Origin: Macrostomum hystrix
Lineage: Eukaryota > Animalia > Platyhelminthes
Assembly: GCA_950097015.1 (NCBI GenBank)
Contig: CATNEN010000018.1
Coordinates: forward strand, 62,001-126,000
Reading direction: 5' to 3'
Length of the DNA stretch: 64,000 bases
How positions within the stretch are numbered: position 1 is the stretch's first letter; the number at the start of each line of letters is the position of its first letter. A program made the position numbers and the translations under genes. The notes below the pieces were generated by a model. The model saw nothing but the letters and a program-made list of their open reading frames with translations. It had not been told where the DNA came from and did not search any database. Below, in pieces: positions 37,703 to 47,821 of this stretch.

Positions 37703-38228
37703 TCCTGAACCCACAGTCCTGAACCCACAGTCCTGAACCCACAGTCCTGAACCCACAGTCCTGAACCCACAGTCCTGAAACCACAGTCTTGAAACCACAG
37801 TCCTGAACCCACAGTCCTGAACCCACAGTCCTGAACCCACTGTCCTGAACCCACAGTCCTGAACCCACAGTCCTGAACCCACAGACCTGAACCCACAGTC
37901 CTGAACCCACAGTCCTGAACCCACAATCCTGAACCCACAGTCCTGAAACCACAGTCTTGAAACCACAGTCCTGAACCCACAGTCCTGAACCCACAGTCCT
38001 GAACCCACAGTCCTGAACCCACTGTCCTGAACCCACAGTCCTGAACCCACAGTCCTGAACCCACAGACCTGAACCCACAGTCCTGAACCCACAGTCCTGA
38101 ACCCACAGTCCTGAACCCACAGTCCTGAAACCACAGTCCTGAACCCACAGTCCTGAACCCACAGTCCTGAACCCACAGTCCTGAAACCACAGTCCTGAAC
38201 CCACAGTCCTGAACCCACAGTCCTGAAC
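37703..38228. repeat. 14-bp repeat (CCTGAACCCACAGT)n
   Basis: Directly visible; paralogue at 63633-63962. Confidence 0.95.
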
Positions 38229-39004
38229 CCTTCAGTTCAGTAAACTTTGCTTCTAACAAGAAAGCATTGATTTCACATTTTGTATGCAAAAAATCTTTAG
38301 CGAGCGAGCGCCAGCTACCAGAGTCTTCTGTGCTCAAGAGACAATTGAGCACACTGTGAGCAGTCGAGGCTTCCCACCCAAGCCTCCCCTGATGGTTGGA
38401 CCCCTCGACAGGCCGAGCAATGCTTTCTGCATCTCACGCACGGAGACGCTGTGTTGCTACCCGATGAGAAGCTGAGCACAGTTGAGCAGTTGAGCACAAT
38501 GCTAATAAGTGAGGCTGTATGCAGCAATGAACTGAACTCATTGAATTGAAGGCATTGGCCAGATTTTGCTCAGCATCGAGTTGAGCACAGCAGTTCCTGA
38601 GCACAATAAATCAGAGGCTGTGGCAGGGCTGGCAGCCACCCCACACAGAGCCAGAGGCATTGTGCTGAGAACATTTGGAGCACAATGAGCAGGCTCAGTT
38701 TCTCAAACTGCAATACACACTGGCAGAGATGGGCCAAGAAGACGTTAGTTGAGTTTCAGAACAGTTTAAGACTACCTGCCTGCCTTAGTCCGCTCTGCTT
38801 CTGATAATTTTCACTGCTTGGCCATTGTTAGTGGATTGTTTGGGTAAACTTGTGAGTTGGTCCCTGATCCTAAATTAAAGATCCCAAATATGATCAAGAT
38901 GAACCTCTTGCTTGGGTGGGAATTCTACTGGGTGTGGTGGCCCCCAGTCCACGGACTGAACAGCTGTACACAGCCTTTGGAAGCGCAGAGTAATAGCTGC
39001 GGCT

Positions 39005-39277
39005 GTGCCACTGGCTGCACATCTGGCCCAACTGGGCTGAGTGTCTGTTCCATGCCACTGGCTGCACATCTGGCCCAACTGGGCTGAGTGTCTGTTCCAT
39101 GCCACTGGCTGCACATCTGGCCCAACTGGGCTGAGTGTCTGTTCCATGCCACTGGCTGCACATCTGGCCCAACTGGGCTGAGTGTCTGTTCCATGCCACT
39201 GGCTGCACATCTGGCCCAACTGGGCTGAGTGTCTTTTCCATGCCACTGGCTGCACATCTGGCCCAACTGGGCTGAGT
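39005..39277. repeat. 47-bp minisatellite, ~5.7 copies
   Basis: Unit CCACTGGCTGCACATCTGGCCCAACTGGGCTGAGTGTCTGTTCCATG (39008, 39055...). Confidence 0.95.
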
Positions 39278-39369
39278 TGATCCATCCGTTCAAATCAGGA
39301 TGCCAATCGAGCAACTTAACCTTTGGATAATGAAGTTTATAAAAAGATTCTGAACCAAACAGCTGATCA

Positions 39370-40055
39370 AAACCCACAATCCTAAATCCCCAATTCTGAA
39401 TCCACAATCCTTAATCCACAATCCTAAATTCACAATCCTGAATCCACAATCCTGAATCCACAATCCTAAATCCCAATTCTGAATCTACAATCCTGAGTCC
39501 AAAATCCTAAATCCACAATCCTGAGTCCAAAATCCTAAATCCACAATCCTGAATCCATATCCTGAATCCATATCCTGAATCCACAGCCCAAAAATCCGCA
39601 ATCCTGAATCCACAATCCTAAATCCACAGCCCTAAATTCACAATCCTAAATCCCAAATTCTGAATCCACAATCCTAAATTCACAATCCCGAATCCACAAT
39701 CCTGAATCCACAATCCTGAATCCACAATCCTAAATTCACAATCCTAAATCCCCAATTCTGAATCCACAATCCTGAATCCACAATCCTAAATTCACAATCC
39801 TGAATCCACAATCCTGAATCCACAGCCCTAAATTCACAATCCTAAATCCCCAATCCTGAATCTACAATCCTGAATCCACAGTCCTAAATTCACAATCCTA
39901 AATCCCAAATTCTGAATCCACAATCCTGAATCCAAAATCCTGAATCCACAATCCTGAATCCATATCCTGAATCCACAATCCTGAATCCATATCCTGAATC
40001 CATATCCTGAATCCATATCCTGAATCCACAGCCCTAAATCCGCAGTCCTGAATCC
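39370..40055. repeat. Degenerate 14-bp repeat (ATCCACAATCCTGA)n
   Basis: Directly visible. Confidence 0.93.
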
Positions 40056-40983
40056 GCGAATTTCAAAACCTAACTCAAAGCCCCAACCAAAACATTTCAA
40101 CTGCTCTCCTAACAGCTCCATTTCAACCAGTGAAGCAGTGCAAACTCATTCACCATGGCAACCATCTCACACTGAGTGCATCATATTTCTGGGATCGTGA
40201 GAGCTCTCAATCAGGCTTAGGATCTGTGCTCAAAGTGCCAGAGGAGTCAGAGCTGCTGCTGCGAAAATGTGTATTAAACTGGCTTCTAACAAGAAAGCAT
40301 TTGGGCTATTCTCGCGCTCTGACCATAAAAAATGTTTAACGAACGCGCCCTAGCTACCAGAGACTCTGTGCTCAAAGGACATATGAGCACACTGTGAGCA
40401 GTCGCGGCATCCCACCCCAGCCTTCCCTGATGCGGTGCACTCGAGTGTCTGAGCAGGCTGAGCAGTGCTCTCCGCATATCAGGCAGGGAGAGGCTGTGTT
40501 GCTGCCCGATGAAAAGCTGCAGTCTGCTTCTTTAGCAGGCAGCGAGTTGAGCACAGTTTGTTACCTGAGCACAGTGGCAAAACATCAGGCTGCATACGGT
40601 AATGAGTCGCTAACAAAACTCAGTGAATTGAAGGCATTCGGCAGCACAACGAGCGGTCAGAGATATAGAAATAAAATATGTGCTCATCTATTCTCAATGC
40701 AGCCTCTGCCTTCCCCTACTCTCGTCTCCGGGCAGTCCATTCCAGTCCCCGTGTTGGCCTCGGTTGCCAAGTGCCGACCTCCTCCCTCCAGCAGGTTTGA
40801 GCAGTTTTGCACTCGGTCTTAAGCTCTCTTCTGTTTTAAGCTGCTTTTAATGGCTCGACTTAACTTTTTTTATGCTTTTGAGATCAGTTTGATTGCTTGT
40901 AGACAGGTCCAGGTTGTAGCATGAGATCAGATTATATAGTACACCTTGGTACCAGAGCTTATGATATGGCAAAGTCTGTTTAG

Positions 40984-41863
40984 TCCCTCCTCTTCCCTCC
41001 TCTTCCCTCCTCTCCTCTCCTCTCCTCTCCTCTCCTCTCCTCTCCTCTCCTCTCCTCTCCTCTCCTCTTCCCTCCTCTCCTCTCTTCTGCTCCTCTCCTC
41101 TCCTCCTCTTCTCCTCTCCTCTTCTCCTCTTCTCTTCTCTCCTCTCCTTTTCTCCTCTCCTCCTCTTCTTTCCTCGCCTCCTCTTCTCTCCTCTCCTCTT
41201 CTCTTCTCCTCTCATCTGCTCTTCCCTCCTCTTCTTCTCTCCTCTCCTCTCCTTTTCCCCCTTCTCCTCGCCTCTTCCCTCCTCTTCCCTCCTCTCCTCT
41301 CCTCTTCCCTTTTCTCCTCTTCTCCTCTCCTCTCCTCTTCCCTCCTCTCATCTCCTCTTCCCTCCTCTTCCCTCCTCTCCTCTCCTCTTCCCTCCTCTCC
41401 TCTCTTCTCCTCCTCTCCTCCTCTTCTTCTCTACTCTTCTCCTCTCCTTTTCTCCTCTCCTCTCCTTTACTCCTCTCCTCCTCTCCTCTCCTCCTCTCCT
41501 CTCCTCTTCCCTCCTCTCCTCTCTTCTCCTCCTCTCCTCTCCTCCTCTTCTCCTCTCCTCTCCTCTCCTTTTCTCCTCTCCTCCTCTTCTCTCCTCTCCT
41601 CTCCTTTTCTCCTCTCTTCTCCTCTCCTCTCCTCCTCTTCTTCTCTCCTCCTCTCCTCTCCTCTTCTGTCCTCTCCTCTCCTTTTCTCCTCTCTTCTCCT
41701 CTCCTCTCCTCCTCTTCTTCTCTCCTCTTCTCCTCTCCTCTTCTCTCACCTCCCCCCTCTCCTCTCTTCTCCTCCTCTTCCCTACTCTCCTCTCTTCTCC
41801 TCCTATTCCCTCCTCTCCTCTCCTATTCTCTCCTCTTCCCTCCTCTCCTTTCTTCTCCTGCAG
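40984..41863 (+). repeat. 0.9-kb (CCTCT/CTT)n polypyrimidine tract ending at a probable 3' splice site (CTGCAG|CTCAAC)
   Basis: Positional paralogue of 20451-23146, upstream of ANK-cGLR copy 2. Confidence 0.94.
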
Positions 41864-41995
41864 CTCAACAGCCAATAAGCCTCCAGTAAACAAGGCTTCT
41901 GGCTGGCTGCAACGGAATGCAAAGGCAAAGTGTCTGGCTACTAAACTTTCTACCACATTTGCCACTTTCCTAACCCACAAGCAGACACCTGCAAA

Positions 41996-44900
41996 ATGTT
42001 TCCCTTACTCACAATACTCACGGCTGTCCTCGTGTACCTCATGAACTCACTTCATTCCTCACACCACCGAGAAGACGCACAAGAACTCACCGACCAGGAC
42101 CTCCTCGCAGCCATCAGAGACGACCGAGTGGAGCCCGTTCAGCGATTCATTAACAGCGGCGGGAGCCTCGATACCTTCATCGCCTATGCAGACTCATTTT
42201 TTACTCCAGCAATGCTCGCTTGCCGATTCGGAAGACATGAAATTCTCGTGAGACTCATCCGAGCCATTGCAGATGTAGATAAGCAGAACTGGAGAGGGAC
42301 GACAGCATTGTGGATGGCATCACAATATGGTCACCACCGACTGGTGAAATCACTCATCAAAGCACGAGCCGACGTCAATCTTCAAAGAAATACTGGCTCC
42401 TCACCTCTCTACATTGCATCACAAAATGGCCATAAGGACGTCGTCCACTCACTCATCAAAGCACGAGCCGACGTCAATCTTCAAGAGAAAGTCTATGGCC
42501 GCTCACCTCTCTACATTGCAACACAATATGGCCACAAGGACGTCGTCGACTCACTCATCAAAGCACGAGCCGACGTCAATCTTCAAGAGAAAGTCTATGG
42601 CCGCTCACCTATCTACATTGCATCACAATATGGCCATAAGGAGGTCGTCCACTCACTCATCAAAGCACGAGCCGACGTCAATCTTCAAACAAATACTGGC
42701 GAGTCACCTCTCTACATTGCATCACAGCAAGGCCATAAGGACGTCGTCAACTCACTCATCAAAGCACGAGCCGACGTCAATCTTCAAAGAAATACTGGCT
42801 TCTCACCTCTCAACATTGCATCACAATATGGCCATAAGGACGTCATCGACTCACTCATCAAAGCACGAGCCGACGTCAATCTTCAAATAAATACTGGCGC
42901 CTCACCTCTCTACATTGCATCACAAAATGGCCATAAGGACGTCGTCCACTCACTCATCAAAGCACGAGCCGACGTCAATCTTCAAGAGAAAGTCTATGGC
43001 TCCTCACCTCTCCACATTGCATCACAAAATGGCCATAAGGACGTCGTCCACTCACTCATCAAAGCACGAGCCGACGTCAATCTTCAAGAGAAAGTCTATG
43101 GCTCCTCACCTCTCTACATTGCATCACAAAATGGCCATAAGGACGTCGTCCACTCACTCATCAAAGCACGAGCCGACGTCAATATTCAAGAGAAAGTCTA
43201 TGGCTCCTCACCTCTCTACATTGCATCACAAAATGGCCATAAGGACGTCGTCCACTCACTCATCAAAGCACGAGCCGACGTCAATATTCAAACAAATACT
43301 GGCTACTCACCTCTCTACATTGCATCACAAAATGGCCACCTCAGTGTTGTTGAGTCACTCATGAAGGTCGTTGATAGCCCAGAATTGCTGGAAGCTGCTC
43401 TGCGAATCGCCACGGAAGTTGGCCATGACCCAGTGGTTGACCTGCTGAGCCCTGGATCATCCGCGCCTCTGCCTGAGAAGCAGAACAGGTAGGAGCTCCT
43501 GTTTCTCCTGTAAAAGTCACATGAGCAATGAGATAATTTGAGACTTCGGATTCTCTGAGTAATCAGACTCGAAATCTGATAGCTGAAGTTCGGAACTGAT
43601 TGTGTGTCAGTTATTGTACATATAAAATATGATTTTGGAGAATTCACAGGTTTGGGATTTAATAATACAGGTTTGGGATTCAATATTACAGGTTTGGGAT
43701 TTAATGTTACAGGTTTGAGATTAAATGTTACAGGTTTGAGATTTAATATTACAGGTTTGAGGTTTAATATTACAGGTTTGAGATTTAATATTACAGGTTT
43801 GAGGTTTAATATTACAGGTTTGAGATTTAATATTACAGGTTTGAGATTTAATATTACAGGTTTGAGATTTAATATTACAGGTTTGAGATTTAATATTACA
43901 GGTTTGGGATTTAATATAACAGGTTTGGAATTCAATATTACAGGTTTGAGATTCAATACTACAGGTTTGAGATTTATATTACAGGTTTGAGATTTAATAT
44001 TACAGGTTTGAGATTTAATATTCTAGGTTTGAGATTTAATATTTCAGGATTGAGATTTAATATTACAGGTTTGGGATTTAATATTACAGGTTTGAGATTT
44101 AATGTTACAGGTTTGAGATTTAATGTTACAGGTTTCGAATTCAATATTACAGGTTTGAGATTCAGTATTACAGAAATAAAATATTGGATTTAGATTTCTT
44201 GAAATTGGCACATTCTGTCTGTTTAGTGTATTATTCGCAAAAAATCTGCCTACTAATTTTTTCAAAAGTGATACATCTTTCACATTCCTCGTTTCAACTA
44301 TAGTTTTAGTTTCAATCCCAGTGAAACTCAGCACTGCCGCCTCCTCTCACCCTTCAGAGCCTCCCAGCCTCACTGAACCTCAGCACTGCCGCCTCCTCTC
44401 ACCCTTCAGAGCCTCCCAGCCTCACTAAACCTCAGCACTGCCGCCTCCTCTCACCCTTCAGAGCCTCCCAGCCTCACTGAAACTCAGCACTGCCGCCTCC
44501 TCTCACCCTTCAGAGCCTCCCAGCCTCACTGAACCTCAGCACTGCCGCCTCCTCTCACCCTTCAGAGCCGCACCCAGCGACGCAGAGCTGAGCCAGCAGC
44601 TGCACTCCAAGCTCTCTCAGTCGGGATTCGTGGACTCCAGAGCCGCCTTGCAGATCGCTGTGGCTGACGTCTTGCAGGATGTTCTCACGAAGAGATGGAA
44701 CAATGACGACTGGTTCGCTGTGGGCAGCTTCTCTGAGGCCTGGGGCAACAGCCTGGTCTCTCTGGATGGCAGAACTGACATTGACTCTGACATCGATGTT
44801 ATTCGGCTGATTCCAGGAAGGCCGATTCACCCGAGAGATTTGTGCGAGTGCGACCGAGTGGAGGCTGCTCAGACAGTGGAGCTCAGCAATGGCCACATCC

Positions 44901-47700
44901 TGAGCTCCGGATTCGGTGAGAATTTCCTGTCAGAGACTGTCGGGATGGCTGGGACAAGAATTGAACATGAGTTTGGCTTGCTCATCTTCTTTGGCTTTCT
45001 AAAGCAAACAACAAACAAGGAAAGCAAACAAATGTTCAGTCCAGGTTTGAAATGCAGAGCCAGAGCAAGAAATTTCCCAGCAAAAATGTAAACCCTGATT
45101 TTTCTTTCGGCGAGCTTCCTCTGGGAACCAAACAGAGGCTTAGCGCTCCTCGCTCAGTGTACTTAGTGAATAGTGATGCTATATTATGTATTCATTGTAC
45201 ATACTGATTTTTATAAGCCAAAATCTAATATCCTATATTCGCTATAAACTGTTAGTTAACTAGCAATGTAAGCCCATCTTCGGGGAGCCCAGACGATTCA
45301 ATCAAGTTTCTCTTTGTTTCTTAGGCTCGCAATACTTCCACAGTCACAGGTGTGTAAAATTACAGTTTTTGAGGTGACCGCCCCAGTCCATGGACTGAAC
45401 CGTTGTACACAGCTTTTGGAAGCGTCGTACAAACGCTACGGCTGGGCCATTGCAAATTTCGGTTATTTCTATTATATTATATTCTATTGCCGCTTTTACA
45501 GAATTCGTTTTCTGTGATTCTGAAATTATGCCAATCAATGTCCATTGATTTTCAACAATATTCCGATCAGCCGATTCTAACTAGCCATATAGTAGCTAGT
45601 TATCCAGTAGACAGGAAAATTATCCTAATTTATGTGGGCGGGAAAACCACCGCCGCAGGAAAATCCCATCGAATTTCCAGTCCAGATTTGAATCTCGGCC
45701 TGAGGGAACGATGCTTGTCCAAGAGCTAGAATCATAACCTCGTATTTATTCAGCTCAGCCAGCTGAAGGTTACAGTAGAAATTTGAGGGGGCTGGTGACT
45801 CCCCAGTACAAGGACTGAAGAGCTGTATACAGTACTCACAAAATACTCATAAGAAACTGAAGAAGCAAGGAAGAATTGAAAATAATCGTGCACGTGCTCC
45901 CCTCCGTAGGGGGCAAAAGTTTCTAGTCTGCACTAAAATTTCATATAAATCGCAGCTACAAACCGTCTTTGCACAATTTTTTTATATTATCGAGAAATAG
46001 TTCTGTGTCTATTAACTTGAAATCTGATGGCATTTTGCATATTTCTTGCATTTCCTATTTCTCCAGCTTCCAACCCAGCCGACACTCAACGAGGCTCCGC
46101 CCTGAGACCGTCTGTGGACGAAGTCACCGCCCGCCGCCTCTGCCGCTACCCTCCCATCGCGCCGCTGCAGCCACCAAGAGTCTCCAACTCCAACATCCCC
46201 CAGTCCGTGCTGCAGTCGCTCAAGCGAGACCTCACCGCTGACTCATCGCCCTGTCACGTGGTGCACGCAGCCCCTCCCGGAATGGGGGGCCAGCAGCTCC
46301 GAGTGAGCAGCAGCTTCCTGGAGAGGCGACTGCTGCGGAGTCTCAGCACTCTGCAAGGCCAGCTGTTCGTCACACTCAAGTGGCTGCTGAAGAAGAAAAT
46401 CTCAAACGTCGGCTTCAAGTCCTATCACGCAAAGACCGTCACGTTCCGAATGCTGGAGGAGACACCTGCTGAGCAGTGGAAGCCGGAGAATCTCGTGAGA
46501 CTCACGACACGCTCGCTGCAGATTTTGCTTGACGGTGTGGAGAGCGGCTGCAGATCAGACACACCTGACGGTCGGATCCTGGAGCACTTCTTCCTGAGCG
46601 ATGCCGCTGTGTACCTGAAGGGCTTGAAGTCGCCCACATCAGCTGAGAGAGTGAGCGAAGCGTTGAATCGGGCAGCCGGCGCATTGAGTGACGCCATGGC
46701 TGAGCTGCCTCAGCTGCTGCTGCAGTTCGAGGACAGTCTGCGACCCGTCACCGACTCGGGCCGATTCCACTTCCACCCGTTCCTCATCCTGCCAGTTCTT
46801 TGGCTCACACCTGTACCAGAAGCCAAGACATGCGAGTTCCACGAGATCTACGACATCGTGAGAGAGTCGGTGCTTCGTCTGTCCGATGGAGACCGCAGCC
46901 CGCAGTCCCGAGAGAGTCTCGCAGAGCTGATCAACAAACTGCCAGACTGCGCCCGATCAGCGCGAGAGTCTCTCAGAGCGCTGGCCTGCCTGAAGTTCGG
47001 CGACAGACGCACTGCTGAAAAAGTTGTGAGCGACTGCGGGCCGTTCAGTGCGAGCAGAGGCATCGATTGGGGAGATGAGAGGTCGGCGAGAGAGGCCACT
47101 GCGGACTTTGTGTGGCAGCACCTGAGGAGCCGAGACTCCGCCTGGAAATTCTGCTTGGAGTTTGATGAGCGACCGAAGCTGCCGATTCAGCACAAAGTCT
47201 TTGCCGACTGCTTTCCGCTGCAGATGATAAACTACAGCACATACTTCTACCTGAACTTTGACGCTCTGCTGCGGGCTCTTTGCAATGAGCTGACAGTAGC
47301 AGGAGACCGGAGCGATCAGGACTGGATCCGGGATGTGGCTCAGAGGGAGGATGCGGATGAGCAGGAGCTGCTGGTGGCTGCGGCGATCTGCGGAGATCTG
47401 GAGCTGCTGCGGCGGCTGCGCAGAAGAATCACTCACGAGCTGTGCCAGCTGCCAGGGTGGCTGCAGCAGAAGATTGAGAGGCTGAGCAGTCAAGGTGAAG
47501 ATCGCCAAGACCAAGGTGAAGATCGCCAAGACCAAGGTGAAGATCGCCAAGACCAAGGTGAAGATCGCCAAGACCAAGGTGAACATCGCCAAGACCAAGG
47601 TGAAGATCGCCAAAACCAAGAGATTCAAGAGAGATTGATATTGAGATTGAGATCAGCACAGGCAAAAAGGCTGCAGAGAAAGCGAAAATCGGTCGAGTAA
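41996..47700 (+). CDS. Ankyrin-repeat / cGAS-like receptor (Mab-21 NTase) fusion, copy 2, intact: join(41996..43488, 44566..44915, 46067..47700), 1158 aa
   Basis: Exons 1493+350+1634 = 3477 nt, one open frame. Donors AG|GTAGGA and G|GTGAGA; acceptors CCCTTCAG|A and TTCTCCAG|C; phases 2/2 and 1/1 match. Domains: 9 internal ANK repeats + terminal repeat; GSFSEAWGN; DSDID; [14 protein letters not shown] (probable third acidic residue, D.V....C..P strand); SYHAKT Mab-21 motif. Confidence 0.85.
43645..44172. repeat. 21-bp intronic repeat (TTACAGGTTTGAGATTTAATA)n
   Basis: Directly visible; only 1-2 relic units at the matching place in copy 1 (~25470-25503). Confidence 0.94.
44322..44565 (+). repeat. 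52-bp splice-acceptor-containing tandem repeat (5 acceptor copies)
   Basis: Same unit as 25505-26021. Confidence 0.92.
47491..47616 (+). repeat. 21-bp coding repeat, (QGEDRQD)x6, in the C-terminal tail of copy 2
   Basis: CAAGGTGAAGATCGCCAAGAC at 47491, 47512, 47533, 47554, 47575, 47596. Confidence 0.93.
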
Positions 47701-47821
47701 AGCACCAAATATAATCATTTTACAATCAAGTTATCATTTAGTATCAAAAGATCATTGGACCATCAAGTCGTACACTCACGAGCTGTGCCGGCTGCCAGGG
47801 TGGCTGCAGCAGAAGATTCGG

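Noticed and set aside
31770-40600. RSS/Transib-like heptamers CACAGTG/CACTGTG (e.g. ~31775, ~38352, ~40390, ~40568) suggesting RAG-type rearrangement
   Set aside because: At the sites I inspected no ACAAAAACC-like nonamer sits at the expected spacing; the heptamers arise within the GAGCAC.. motif family and do not flank coding segments.
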